The notes below the pieces were generated by a model that saw nothing but the letters and a program-made list of their open reading frames with translations, had not been told where the DNA came from and searched no databases. Both the position numbers and the translations under genes were made by a program. Positions 27,963-38,077 of a DNA stretch of 64,000 nucleotides are shown piece after piece; the first letter of the stretch is position 1; each line of letters starts with the position of its first letter. Origin of the DNA: Clostridia bacterium (GTDB lineage Bacteria; Bacillota; Clostridia; Saccharofermentanales; DTU023); the NCBI GenBank assembly GCA_040767365.1, contig JAXGOR010000002.1, positions 33,622 to 97,621 on the forward strand. The letters run 5' to 3'.

Positions 27963-29366
27963 TCAGTGGATGTCCATATCGGGCAGCCGGCGCCTCAGGT
28001 ATTGTCCGTCGGCTTCTTCAACAACAATAGTACCAGACGAGACCTTGTGGCGACCCCTCAGGAAGACGTGCCGGATCCTCCCTTTCATGGGGAAACCCTC
28101 ATAGGGGGTGTAATCACAATTTTCCTGGAGTAGGTCCGCCGTCACCGTCCATTCAACCGACGGATCCAGGACGACGATATCGGCCTGGCTCCCGGTTCGC
28201 AGAATGCCCTTTTGGGGGTAGAGGCCGAAGTATTTGGCCGCATTGGTTGAGGTGACGACAGAGAAGCGGTTGATATCCATCCGGCCCCGGGTGACCCCGT
28301 AGGTGTAGAGCAGCTGCATGCGCAGCTCAATCCCCGGCGCGCCGTTGGGTATCTTCGAGAAATCATCCCTGCCCATCTCCTTCTGTCCCTTGAAGTTGAA
28401 GGAACAGTGGTCCGTACCGACAAACTGGATCTCCCCCGTGGCTAAGCCCTGCCAGAGGGCCTCCTGGTCCAGTCTGGAACGCAGGGGCGGACTCATGATG
28501 AACTTGGCCGATTCAAAATCGTCCGAGGCCGGCCCGCCGTAACGGGAGGCGTCGAGCAGGAGGTACTGGGGACAGGTCTCCACGATCACCCTGACCCCGC
28601 GCTCCCGGCTCCGGTTGATAGCTGACAGCCCCTTGGCTGACGACAGGTGGACGACATGGTGGTTGGCATGGAGGATCTGGTTGACCGCGCCCAGCCGGAC
28701 GATGGCTTCCTCCTCCAGCCCGTCGGGCCGGGTGACCTGATGGTAGTAGGGCGACAGGTGGCCCAGGGCCCGCTCGCGCCGGACGAGGACATCGATCAGC
28801 AGGCCATTCTCGCAGTGGAAGCCTATGGTGGCACCGAGGCGTTGCGCCTCCTGCAGGGCATCATATATCTGGTCCTCCTGGACCATCATGTTGTCCTTGT
28901 AAGCCATGTACATCTTGAAAGAGCTGATGCCCCCACGGACCAGGTCCTCCATCTCAGCTTTCAGGTCGCTGTTCCACTCCGTCAGCGCCATATGGAAACC
29001 GTAATCGATCGCGCATCTGCCCCCGGCTTTTTCATGCCAGCGTTCCAGCCCCCTTGCCATGCTTTCACCATGGAATTGGGTGGCGAAATCTATGACGGTG
29101 GTTGTCCCTCCGGCCAGGGCTGCCCGGGTACCGCTCGCGAAGTCGTCCGCGGTCACCGTGCCCATGGATTCGAGCTGGAGATGGGTATGCGGCTCAATGC
29201 CGCCGGGCAGGAAGTAACAGCCCTCACAGTCGATCACCTCTTCCCCGGGGCCCGGGGTCAGGTCACCGATGGCGGCAATCCTTTCGCCCTCAATCCGGAT
29301 ACTCCCTTTAACTGTCTCTTCAGGCAGGACGACGAAACCATCCGCCAGCAATATGGTCCCTTCCAT
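27963..29366 (-). CDS. hyuA: D-hydantoinase / dihydropyrimidinase-type cyclic amidohydrolase (E. coli HyuA/YgeZ-like)
   Basis: GGIEPHTHLQL, SSFKMYMAYKD (carboxylated Lys), VVHLSSA, ETCPQYLLLD, GTDHCSF, PNGAPGIELRM. Close to E. coli HyuA from memory. Confidence 0.85.
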   Translation of the reverse strand: MEGTILLADGFVVLPEETVKGSIRIEGERIAAIGDLTPGPGEEVIDCEGCYFLPGGIEPHTHLQLESMGTVTADDFASGTRAALAGGTTTVIDFATQFHGESMARGLERWHEKAGGRCAIDYGFHMALTEWNSDLKAEMEDLVRGGISSFKMYMAYKDNMMVQEDQIYDALQEAQRLGATIGFHCENGLLIDVLVRRERALGHLSPYYHQVTRPDGLEEEAIVRLGAVNQILHANHHVVHLSSAKGLSAINRSRERGVRVIVETCPQYLLLDASRYGGPASDDFESAKFIMSPPLRSRLDQEALWQGLATGEIQFVGTDHCSFNFKGQKEMGRDDFSKIPNGAPGIELRMQLLYTYGVTRGRMDINRFSVVTSTNAAKYFGLYPQKGILRTGSQADIVVLDPSVEWTVTADLLQENCDYTPYEGFPMKGRIRHVFLRGRHKVSSGTIVVEEADGQYLRRRLPDMDIH

Positions 29367-29443
29367 GCAAAACTCCCTAAAATTTGTGCCGGATTCGGGA
29401 TCCGGCACAGGATTGGTCGCCTGTCAACGCGACAGGCCCCCGC

Positions 29444-30766
29444 TTATAGATTCGGCCAGATGCTGGCGGCCCTTTCCGCCGTACGGGCGAATAGCCTCTC
29501 CTCATCGACCGTCAGGATCTCGCGGTTGCGCATTACGGTCCTTCCATTGATCACCACATCATTGGTCATACGCCCATAACCGCCAAAGAGGAGGTGGCCC
29601 TTCCAGTTGTCCGGGCCGAAGGGCGTGAAGGGGTAGTAGTCAAGCGTGATCAGGTCGGCGTAGGCACCCGGCTTCAGGACGCCGAGCGGGCGTTTGAAGT
29701 GGAGGGCGGCAATGGCCGGGTTCCCTTCATACTGCAGCTTCAGGGCTTCATTGAAGCCCACCGTCGGGTTGGCCAGCCGATGGGACTGGAGGATCTTGGA
29801 GACCTTGACCGATTCGAACATATCGTGGGTGTAGGCGTCAGTGCCCAGCCCGAGGCGGATACCCCGTCTCAGCATGCCGAGCACGGGTGTCGAGCCCACG
29901 GCATTGCCCATATTTGACATGGGGTTGTGGACGACCGACGTGTCGGTCTCAGCCAGGATATCGAGTTCCCGCCCGTTGACATTGACCGCGTGGACCGCGA
30001 TGGATTTCGGCCCGAGGAGGCCCCAGCCAAGCAGGCGCTCCGTGACCCGCATATCATATTTTTCCAGACTGTCGTACTGATCCTCCCGGCCTTCGCCCAG
30101 GTGGATGTGATAACCGGCATCAATGCCCTCCATGGCCTTCTTGACCTTCTCCATGGTCTCATCGGAGATGGTGAAGGAGGCGTGCATGCCAAACATGCCC
30201 TTGATCAGATCCTGCTCATCCGTATTCATGGCCTTGATGAAATCGACATTCTCCTTGATCTCACGGTTGGCGATCCTCTTCCCGTCCCGGTCCGAAAGCT
30301 CCATGGAGAAAGAACCCCGGATGCCGATCGTTTTTGCGGCTTCGGCCAGGGTGAAGAGGGACCCGGTCGCCGAGTGCGGGCTGGCATGGTGGTCAAAGAG
30401 GGTGGTCACGCCATTGCGGATGCTGTCGATATAGGTTGTGTAGGCCGATAATTCATTGTCCTCCTCCGTCAGGCTGCGATCGAGCGCCCACCAGAGATTC
30501 TCAAGGATCTCGGGGAAATTCCGTGTCGGCTTGGATACTCCCATGCCGCGCGCGTAGGAACTGTAGATGTGTGTGTGCGCGTTGATCATGCCCGGCATGA
30601 TCAGGCGGCCTTCAGCGTCCAGCAGCTCGTCCTGGGGATACTTTTCCCTCAGGTCCTCATAACTTCCCACGGCATCGATTATGTCGCCGTCGATCCTTAC
30701 TGCCCCTTCTTCAAAATAGGGATTGTTGGGATCATTTGTCACCAGTCTTCCCTTGCCAATAATCAT
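29444..30766 (-). CDS. ssnA: Putative aminohydrolase SsnA
   Basis: MIIGKGRLVTNDPNNPYFEEGAVRIDGDII...MPGMINAHTHIYS...; amidohydrolase fold, 440 aa, in the position next to ygfK as in E. coli. Confidence 0.85.
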   Translation of the reverse strand: MIIGKGRLVTNDPNNPYFEEGAVRIDGDIIDAVGSYEDLREKYPQDELLDAEGRLIMPGMINAHTHIYSSYARGMGVSKPTRNFPEILENLWWALDRSLTEEDNELSAYTTYIDSIRNGVTTLFDHHASPHSATGSLFTLAEAAKTIGIRGSFSMELSDRDGKRIANREIKENVDFIKAMNTDEQDLIKGMFGMHASFTISDETMEKVKKAMEGIDAGYHIHLGEGREDQYDSLEKYDMRVTERLLGWGLLGPKSIAVHAVNVNGRELDILAETDTSVVHNPMSNMGNAVGSTPVLGMLRRGIRLGLGTDAYTHDMFESVKVSKILQSHRLANPTVGFNEALKLQYEGNPAIAALHFKRPLGVLKPGAYADLITLDYYPFTPFGPDNWKGHLLFGGYGRMTNDVVINGRTVMRNREILTVDEERLFARTAERAASIWPNL

Positions 30767-30800
30767 AAATTTCCTCCTATTCCCGACTTCTCTTCCAAAG

Positions 30801-33800
30801 CTAGTGTTGGCCGCAGTCGTGTTCTTGGTTCAAGAGCCAGGGGAAATCGCTTACGACGGCCCCGATGACCGCCGTCATTTCGGCGCCGGCCACTTGTTCA
30901 AGTTGGTTTTCAGCTACTTCACTTACACGGCCGCGTTCGTCGCGGATCAGGTAATTCCCGTCAGTCCGTTTAAGGAAGCCCGTATTCTCTGAATCGGCGA
31001 AGTCCTCCTCACTCCAGAAGACAGTCAGTTTGTCCTTGTAGGGCTTGCCGGCATGCGGACAGAAGGTGGCGCAGTTGCCGCACTCATTGCACATTCCGTC
31101 GATGTGGAGGATCTGCTCCGAGTCCTTGAAGCCGGCTACCGGGATGGCCAGGTTGGCCCGGTTGGGGCAAAGTTCCGTACAGATCCGGCATACCTGGTCA
31201 CAGATGAGACAGCGCTCCCCCTCTTCAGAGGGCAGGCAGGCCAGGAGCAGTTCACCGCGCCGGTCGAGGATCACCGCTTCATCAACCGGAACCTGTGCCC
31301 GGACAAAATCGTTTTCAAGCTTTTCCCTGGCCAGAATGTCCAGGGCGACCTTTTTGGCGTCGCCCATGGCCGCGACCACGGTCGAGGGACCCTTCCGGCA
31401 GTCACCGACGACATAGACACCGTCAAGGGAGCTCTCCAGGGCGCTGGACAGGCGGGGATCGCCCTGCTCATCCAGCTTCAGGCCCAGCTTCTTGAACAGG
31501 CCCTTGTCGACACGGGCGCCCGTCGCCCCGATGACCGTATCAAATGCCAGTGTCACCCTTTCACCCGTTCCCTGGCAGGACCGGCGGCCTGACTCATCAA
31601 ATGCGCCCAGCCGTTGTTTTTCACAGACCAGTTCCCGGCCATCGTAGCTGACAGGGGCAAGCAGCTCCATCCACTTGACGCCCTCTTCCACGGCACCGTC
31701 AAACTCGTCCTGACTCGCGGGCGCGTACATTTCCGTCCTCCGGTAGACCAGGGCCACTTCCGGATCACCCGGCAGGCGTTTGGCCAGCCGGGCCGCGTCC
31801 ATGGCCACATCACCGCCCCCGATGACCGCGATGCGTTTGCCCAGGTCCCGGGGCCCTTCCGCCCTGGTCCGGATAAGGAAGTCGAGCGCGTCCAGGACCT
31901 GCCCGCCGCCCTCCTCCACGGGTACCCCTCCCTTGTCCCAGGCGCCCGTCGCGATGATGACATAATCGTAGGTCTTCTTCAGTTCACGAAGATTGAAGTC
32001 AGGCTTGGCATTGAAGTGGAAATTGACCCCGACCGCTTCAACCAGCCTGAAGTCCCGGTCGATCTCCTCCTCACTGATTCGGAAATCGGGGATGGCATAG
32101 CGGACAACCCCATGTGAGGCGGCCCGCTTCTCATAGACGTGGGTCTCCACCCCATTGCGCCGGAGATAGTAGGCGGCGGCCATATCGCCGGGACCCGCCC
32201 CGATGACGGCTACTTTTTTCCCGCTGCGGAGAGGGGGGGCGGTCGTTTGACTTATCAGGGCCTCCTGCGCCTCATCCGCCGCCTTCTTCTTGATGTCACG
32301 CATGTGGACCGACTCTTCATAATCGAGGCGGGTGCAGCGTTCACGGCAGGGTTGGGCGCAGAGGATACCCGTGATGGTCGGGCAGGGGTTGTCGATGGCG
32401 ATGACCCGCATGGCCTCCTCATACTCGCCCCGGGCAACCAGGGTGTTGTATTCGGGAATCTGCTGTTCTATGGGGCAACCGCCCTCCTTGCAGGGGGCCT
32501 TGTAGCAATCGTAGAGGGGGAGCTCCGAATCCGTCTTCCTCGAAGCCACCTTCTCCCTCCAACGCTTTTGGAGGCGGACATCGGCCAGGGTTTCCCCGGC
32601 CAGTTTTTCCAGCCTGCCGACATCAACCCTGCCGCCGGACCCCAGGGAGGACTCCGTCTCCCGGGCCATCTGCAGGAAGCGCATATAGCCGCCCGGCTTC
32701 AGAAGGGTGGTGGCCTGGGTAACCGGACCGATACCCACCTCAAGCAGGTCCTTGAGGTTGAAGGCATCGACACCCCCGGCATAGGAGATGGGGAGTCCGC
32801 CATCAAAGGCCTTGGACAGCTTGACCGCCAGGCTGATGGTCAGGGGCATGAGGGACCGCCCTGACATGTACATTTCCTCTGAGGGAACCTCATCCCGGGT
32901 CACATCGACCGGGCAGGTGTTGGACAGCTTGACGCCAAAGACCAGTCCCTCCGCCTCCGCCACGGCCATCATCCGGGTGAAGATGCCCACCGCGTCCTCA
33001 TATTGGAGGTCCGCCAGGAAATGCTTGTCCGGGAAGACGATGTAGTCGTAACCCAGGTCATCCAGGGTTTTCCGGACATAGTCATAGCCCAGCATGGTGG
33101 GATTGCACTTGACGAAGGTATGGACCTTCTTCTCGGTCAGAAGATAGTGGGCAATCCGTTCAATCTCGTCGGGCGGACAGCCGTGAAGGGTTGACAGGGT
33201 GGCTGAATGGCAAAGGGCGGAGGGGATGGCCTCGATGGCCGAATCGTCCAGTTTTTCAAAGAGCTGCTTATGCTCTTTCAGGAACTGGATGGCCTCCTTG
33301 AAGGCCGGCCTTTCAGAGGCGTCCTTCAGGCCCTCGATGAAGGCATCCATCTTGGGGAGCTTGATACCCTCCAGATCGTAGCCCACGCTCATGTTGTAGG
33401 CAAAATCCTTGCCGTCCGACAGGCCGAATTCCGGGGCCAGCACCTTGATGGCGACCCAGGCCTTGACATACTCGTCAAAAGCCTCCTCCACCGTCAACTC
33501 CGTCGACCATTCACAGTTGTAGCACTCGTCCTCCGCGTTGATGCAGGGCTTGGCCACGGCATGCCGGATCTCTTCACCATCCATTTTCTGGACGGTTTTC
33601 AGCTCCATGAACCGGGCCCCCGCCAGATAGGAGACGAGAATATTCTGGGCCAGCTGGGAGTGGGGTCCCGCCGCCGGGCCCACGGCCGACGCGATCCTGT
33701 CTCCGAAGGGGGTTTCAAACCGGTTCCCGGACCGGTTCACATAGAATTTGTCCTTGTCAAGGCCGAATACACGTCCTTGCTTTTTATATTCACTCAAACT

Positions 33801-33848
33801 CCATTCAATCAGATTGGCAAAACTGATGGGTCTCATAATATCGCTCAT
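30801..33848 (-). CDS. ygfK: YgfK-type Fe-S/flavin oxidoreductase (annotated elsewhere as putative selenate reductase subunit YgfK)
   Basis: 1015 aa from the ATG at 33848 (RBS GGGGAGG). DHOD/GltD-like TIM domain, Cys clusters, two Rossmann GxGxxG/A sites (VAVIGAGPGDMAAAYY; IAVIGGGDVAMD) and a C-terminal 2x[4Fe-4S] ferredoxin (CDQVCRICTELCP...CNECGNCATFCP). Confidence 0.85.
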   Translation of the reverse strand: MSDIMRPISFANLIEWSLSEYKKQGRVFGLDKDKFYVNRSGNRFETPFGDRIASAVGPAAGPHSQLAQNILVSYLAGARFMELKTVQKMDGEEIRHAVAKPCINAEDECYNCEWSTELTVEEAFDEYVKAWVAIKVLAPEFGLSDGKDFAYNMSVGYDLEGIKLPKMDAFIEGLKDASERPAFKEAIQFLKEHKQLFEKLDDSAIEAIPSALCHSATLSTLHGCPPDEIERIAHYLLTEKKVHTFVKCNPTMLGYDYVRKTLDDLGYDYIVFPDKHFLADLQYEDAVGIFTRMMAVAEAEGLVFGVKLSNTCPVDVTRDEVPSEEMYMSGRSLMPLTISLAVKLSKAFDGGLPISYAGGVDAFNLKDLLEVGIGPVTQATTLLKPGGYMRFLQMARETESSLGSGGRVDVGRLEKLAGETLADVRLQKRWREKVASRKTDSELPLYDCYKAPCKEGGCPIEQQIPEYNTLVARGEYEEAMRVIAIDNPCPTITGILCAQPCRERCTRLDYEESVHMRDIKKKAADEAQEALISQTTAPPLRSGKKVAVIGAGPGDMAAAYYLRRNGVETHVYEKRAASHGVVRYAIPDFRISEEEIDRDFRLVEAVGVNFHFNAKPDFNLRELKKTYDYVIIATGAWDKGGVPVEEGGGQVLDALDFLIRTRAEGPRDLGKRIAVIGGGDVAMDAARLAKRLPGDPEVALVYRRTEMYAPASQDEFDGAVEEGVKWMELLAPVSYDGRELVCEKQRLGAFDESGRRSCQGTGERVTLAFDTVIGATGARVDKGLFKKLGLKLDEQGDPRLSSALESSLDGVYVVGDCRKGPSTVVAAMGDAKKVALDILAREKLENDFVRAQVPVDEAVILDRRGELLLACLPSEEGERCLICDQVCRICTELCPNRANLAIPVAGFKDSEQILHIDGMCNECGNCATFCPHAGKPYKDKLTVFWSEEDFADSENTGFLKRTDGNYLIRDERGRVSEVAENQLEQVAGAEMTAVIGAVVSDFPWLLNQEHDCGQH

Positions 33849-34007
33849 AGTCTTTACAACCTCCCCTGCTATAGACTTAAAACCGTCTTGATGCGCGCCT
33901 TCGCCCGTCTTTTCCACCGGCTTCCGCTCTTGCCTCTTTTCACCAAACAAGGCCTTTCATCTGGACGGGGTTCTCTATCATCTTACCAGTTTTCCCGTCC
34001 GCAATCT

Positions 34008-34035
34008 AAAAAACCGGGGCCCTGACGGGCCCCGG
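34008..34035 (-). terminator. Rho-independent terminator after ygeY
   Basis: Minus strand: CCGGGGCCC-gtca-GGGCCCCGG followed by TTTTTT. Confidence 0.85.
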
Positions 34036-34058
34036 CTCTTGACTCAGAGGGGACAATT

Positions 34059-35285
34059 CTACGCGGTTTTTTCTTTTGTGATATCGACGTAGAGTGCCGG
34101 CATGACGCTGTAGATAGCAGCGCAGCGGACAATGTCCTCTTTCCAGGTGATCTCGTTGGGCGCATGGGCCTGCGCCTCCTTGCCCGGGCCCAAGCCGATG
34201 CAGGGGATGCCATGGCGGCCCATGATGGCAACACCATTGGTGGAGAAAGTCCACTTGTCCACCTTGGGCGCCTGGTAGAGATTGGTGTAGGCCGCGACCA
34301 GGGCCTCCGTCTGGGGCGCATCCTCGGGGATGACCCAGGTGGGGAAGTAGCAGTCCTGCTCGTAGACAAAACCGGTCCAGGAGGGACGGTCGTATTTGTA
34401 CATGGTCACAACCGCGCCGTGCTTTTTGACCGAGGGAAGATCCTCAATCTCCTTGAGGGCCGACTGGTAGGTCTCCCCCCAGGTGAGGCGGCGGTCAAGC
34501 GAGATGGCGCAGCTGTCGGCGACAGCGCAGCGCGAGGGCGAGGTGAAGTAAATCTGGGATGTCGTGATGGTGCCCTTGCCCAGGAAGGGGTCATCCTTCA
34601 GCTTGTCGTTCAGGGCTTCGACTTCCTTCAGGATGTCGGCCATTTTGTAGATGGCGTTCTCACCGCGTTCAGGCGCCGAGCCGTGGCAGGAGATCCCCTT
34701 GACCTCAACCCGGATTTCCATACGGCCGCGATGGCCCCGGTAGACATGCATGTCAGTCGGCTCCGTGGAGACGACAAACTCAGGTTTGATATTCTCATTC
34801 TCGATCAGGTGGAGCCAGCACATGCCGTCACAGTCTTCCTCCTGGACGGTACCAGCCACCAGGATGGTCACATCTTCGTCGATCAGTCCGAGGTCCTTGG
34901 CTATTTTAGCGCCATAGACAGAGGAAACCACGCCGCCCAGCTGGTCTGACGCGCCGCGTCCGCCCACCTCGGTCTCGTTTTCGTAGCCCTCGTAGGGGTC
35001 AAATTTCCAGTTGGTAATCTCACCGATACCGACGGTGTCGATATGGCCATCATAGGAGATGATCCGGTCGCCCGTTCCCATCCAGCCAAGTACATTGCCC
35101 AGCTGGTCGAACTCGACCTTGTCGTAGCCGAGCTTTTCCATCTCTTCCTTGATACGGCGGGCCACGCCTTCTTCCTCACAGCTCTCACCAGGGATTTTGA
35201 TCAGGTCGCGCAGGAATTTAATCATGTCCTCCTTGTAGCCTTCAGCGGCCTGGCGGACGCGATTATAGTCAATCGTTTTTGTCAT
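34059..35285 (-). CDS. ygeY: YgeY-family selenium-metabolism-linked M20 hydrolase
   Basis: Near-collinear with E. coli YgeY: [97 protein letters not shown]. Confidence 0.92.
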   Translation of the reverse strand: MTKTIDYNRVRQAAEGYKEDMIKFLRDLIKIPGESCEEEGVARRIKEEMEKLGYDKVEFDQLGNVLGWMGTGDRIISYDGHIDTVGIGEITNWKFDPYEGYENETEVGGRGASDQLGGVVSSVYGAKIAKDLGLIDEDVTILVAGTVQEEDCDGMCWLHLIENENIKPEFVVSTEPTDMHVYRGHRGRMEIRVEVKGISCHGSAPERGENAIYKMADILKEVEALNDKLKDDPFLGKGTITTSQIYFTSPSRCAVADSCAISLDRRLTWGETYQSALKEIEDLPSVKKHGAVVTMYKYDRPSWTGFVYEQDCYFPTWVIPEDAPQTEALVAAYTNLYQAPKVDKWTFSTNGVAIMGRHGIPCIGLGPGKEAQAHAPNEITWKEDIVRCAAIYSVMPALYVDITKEKTA

Positions 35286-35380
35286 ATTCTGTTTTCTCCT
35301 TATCCTTTTTATTTTTGGTATTACAGCTAACTGCCCCGGTGTTCAATCAACAAACGGGGCAGTCACAACAATCTTATGGT

Positions 35381-36577
35381 TCAGGCATTATCCGCCCAGC
35401 GGGGACTGTCTCCCTGCCAGAGTTCTTCAAGTTTTGCCCCCGCCTTCCTGATCTTCTGGAGGAAGATCATAGCCGCGATGATGTAGGGCTTGTAGCTGGC
35501 CTCCTTGTAGAGCGGGATCCGGTAGCGGTCAAAGACCGAAGCGTCGACCTCGCCTTCCTCACAGGAGACTCCGGTGATATCAGCCGGCAGGCAGTGCATA
35601 TAGAGGGCCTTGCCATTCCTGGTCAGGGCCATCATCTCTTCAGTACAGGCCCAATCCTTATGAAGGGCATTCTGGGCCAACAGATCCTGCTCCAGGGCGT
35701 CGATGCCGGCCTGGTCGCCCTTGGCGTAGAGGTCGGTACGGATCTCCATGGCCTTGAAGGGTGCCCAGCTCTTGGGATAGACGACGTCGGCGTCCTTGAA
35801 GGCCTCTTCCATGGATTCCACCCGGGTGAACTTGCCGCCGTACATTTCCTCATTGTGTTTGGCGACCCCCTCGATCTCACCCATGATGTCGTAGCCTTCC
35901 GGATGCGCCAGGACAACCTCCATACCAAAGCGGGTCATAAGCCCGACAATGCCCTGGGGCACGGACAGGGGCTTGCCATAGGAGGGGGAATAGGCCCAGG
36001 TCATGGCCAGCTTCTTCCCCTTCAGGTTCTCGACACCGCCCAATTCATGGATCATGTGGAGGGCGTCGGCCATGGACTGGGTCGGATGGTCGATGTCACA
36101 CTGGAGGTTGACCAGGGTCGGCCGTTGCTCGAGGACGCCGTCCTCGTAACCTTCCTTGACATAATCCGAGACACTCTTCATGTAGGTGTGGCCCTTGCCG
36201 ATGTACATGTCGTCACGGATTCCGATGACATCCGCCATGAAGGAGATCATGTTGGCTGTCTCCTTGACGGTTTCTCCGTGGGCAATCTGTGATTTGCCCT
36301 CGTCAAAATCCTGGAGCGCCAGGCCCAGGAAATTGCAGGCTGAGGCAAAGGAGAACCGCGTCCTCGTCGACTGGTCGCGGAAGAGCGAGATGCCCAGGCC
36401 CGAGTCGAAGATCCGGGCGCTCTTATTGTTCTCGCGAAGTTCACGCAGGGCGTCAGCAACCGCGAAAATCGCCAGGATTTCATCCTGGGACTTGTCCCAG
36501 GTGAGGAAGAAGTCCTCCTGGTACAGTCCCTTGTAGTCGTATGCTTCCAGCTGTTTGATCAATTCATCAATTTTCAT
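35381..36577 (-). CDS. ygeW: Knotted carbamoyltransferase YgeW
   Basis: Matches E. coli YgeW almost throughout: FDSGLGISLFRDQSTRTRFSFASA, DEGKSQIAHGETVKETANMISF, NLQCDIDHPTQSMAD, WAYSPSYGKPLSVPQGIVGLMTRFGM, HCLPADITGVSCEEGEV. Confidence 0.94.
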   Translation of the reverse strand: MKIDELIKQLEAYDYKGLYQEDFFLTWDKSQDEILAIFAVADALRELRENNKSARIFDSGLGISLFRDQSTRTRFSFASACNFLGLALQDFDEGKSQIAHGETVKETANMISFMADVIGIRDDMYIGKGHTYMKSVSDYVKEGYEDGVLEQRPTLVNLQCDIDHPTQSMADALHMIHELGGVENLKGKKLAMTWAYSPSYGKPLSVPQGIVGLMTRFGMEVVLAHPEGYDIMGEIEGVAKHNEEMYGGKFTRVESMEEAFKDADVVYPKSWAPFKAMEIRTDLYAKGDQAGIDALEQDLLAQNALHKDWACTEEMMALTRNGKALYMHCLPADITGVSCEEGEVDASVFDRYRIPLYKEASYKPYIIAAMIFLQKIRKAGAKLEELWQGDSPRWADNA

Positions 36578-36604
36578 TCTTTTCCTCTCCTTGCAATCCG
36601 GGGA

Positions 36605-38077
36605 CTAAAGACTGGCCAGAACGCCCGCGCGCTCATTGAAGGCTTCGGTCAGGCGGTCGATTTCATAGACCTGGTTGTGGATCCTGTTCCAGTACTCATC
36701 GTCATACCACTGCGCGTTAAGTTCTTCCAGGCTCCGTCCCTGCTGTTCGACCCAGGTATAGTACTTGAGGTTATGGACCCGCTTCCTTGACCAGTAGGTG
36801 AATTCCTCCATATTGTCCGTCTTGATCGATTTGAGGTGGTGCCAGTAGTCACGGGCAGCCAGATCACGCGTGTAGGTCTCCTGCTCGTCAAGTTCGAGGA
36901 TGCGCGATGTGTACATCTCGGAGGAGTCGGTCGCCACGGTCAGGAGTACATCCTTCTCCGTCAGTTCGAAGTGTTTCGCCATCTTCATGGTTCCCAGGAC
37001 ATTGGCGATGCCGCTGATACCAAGCGCCGACAGCTCCTTCAAGACCTCCTCCGACACCCCAGTCTCTTCCATAAGGAAGGCATGGCCGATCTCTGAATTG
37101 AAGAGGCGGAGCAGGTTTTGTGAGTTGTCATCGTCAATGGCGCAGACCAGGTCCGTGTTTTTGACATTGTGGACAAAGGGGATATGCTTGTCACCGATGC
37201 CCTCGATCCGGTGACCGCCAAAACCATTATTGAGGATGGTCGGGCACTGGAGGGCCTCGCCGACCGCCACCTTGACGTGGGGGAATTTTTCCTTCAGGTA
37301 ATCACCCGCGCTCAGGCTGCCGCCACTGCCACTTGTGAAGAAGGCGCCGAAGAGCCTTGAATCCTCTGTCTTAATCTCGTTATACAGCTCTTCCAGGGCC
37401 GGGCCGGTCGCGTGGAAGTGCCAGAGGACATTGCCCATTTCCTCAAACTGATTGAAGATGAAAGCCTCCGGCCGCGTCCTGCGGATCTCCTTGACCTTCT
37501 CGAAAATTTCGTAGACATCGCTCTCACAGCCCGGCGTGGCGATGACTTCCTCAGCCATATCCTGCAACCAGTCGAAGCGCTCCTGGCTCATCTCCTCGGG
37601 CAGGATGGCGATGGCCTTGCAGCCCAGCAATCTTGAATTCAATGAGCCGCCGCGGGCATAGTTGCCGGTGGAGGGCCAGACAGCCCAGTTCTTGTAGGGA
37701 TCGAACTGGCCGGTCACCAAGCGGGGGACCAGGCAGCCGTAGGAGGCGCCCACCTTATGGCAGCCGGTCGGGAACCATTTACCGACCATGACGAACACGC
37801 GGGCCCTGATGCCTGTCAGTTCCCTGGGGATCTCGATATAGTTGACGCCGCCGTATTCGCCGCCATCCCGCCTGGGCTCGTTTTTCCAGGTGATGCGGAA
37901 GAGGTTGATCGGATTGATATCCTCCGTACCAACCTGATGGAGCGCCTTTTTGATTTTTTCGGGGACATACTTATCGGGGTCTCGTAGTTGTTTGAAAGTT
38001 GGGATAACGATATTGTTCTCGCGCGCCCGCCTTATGGCGCTCTCGAGTCCGGCCTCGTGGATCGTCAGATCGATCAT
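36605..38077 (-). CDS. Fold-type II (CysK/CBS-like) PLP-dependent enzyme with N- and C-terminal extensions
   Basis: 490 aa from the ATG at 38077 (RBS AAGGAG). Putative PLP-lysine context FPTGCHKVGA, STGNYARG, TSGSGGSL, GGHRIEGIGDKHIP, which parallel the cysteine-synthase motifs. It is not diaminopropionate ammonia-lyase (YgeX)-like. Confidence 0.7.
   Translation of the reverse strand: MIDLTIHEAGLESAIRRARENNIVIPTFKQLRDPDKYVPEKIKKALHQVGTEDINPINLFRITWKNEPRRDGGEYGGVNYIEIPRELTGIRARVFVMVGKWFPTGCHKVGASYGCLVPRLVTGQFDPYKNWAVWPSTGNYARGGSLNSRLLGCKAIAILPEEMSQERFDWLQDMAEEVIATPGCESDVYEIFEKVKEIRRTRPEAFIFNQFEEMGNVLWHFHATGPALEELYNEIKTEDSRLFGAFFTSGSGGSLSAGDYLKEKFPHVKVAVGEALQCPTILNNGFGGHRIEGIGDKHIPFVHNVKNTDLVCAIDDDNSQNLLRLFNSEIGHAFLMEETGVSEEVLKELSALGISGIANVLGTMKMAKHFELTEKDVLLTVATDSSEMYTSRILELDEQETYTRDLAARDYWHHLKSIKTDNMEEFTYWSRKRVHNLKYYTWVEQQGRSLEELNAQWYDDEYWNRIHNQVYEIDRLTEAFNERAGVLASL

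Noticed and set aside
26835-28133. 432-aa plus-strand ORF, one of many long antisense ORFs. Others include 35279..36292, 33207..34025, 28647..29579, 14366..15238, 43187..44068, 56006..57088 and 60288..61148.
   Set aside because: Each lies opposite a gene with strong, recognisable homology. Their translations are Arg/Gly/Pro/Asp-rich and low in complexity, as expected from stop-codon depletion in GC-rich antisense frames. None has an RBS.
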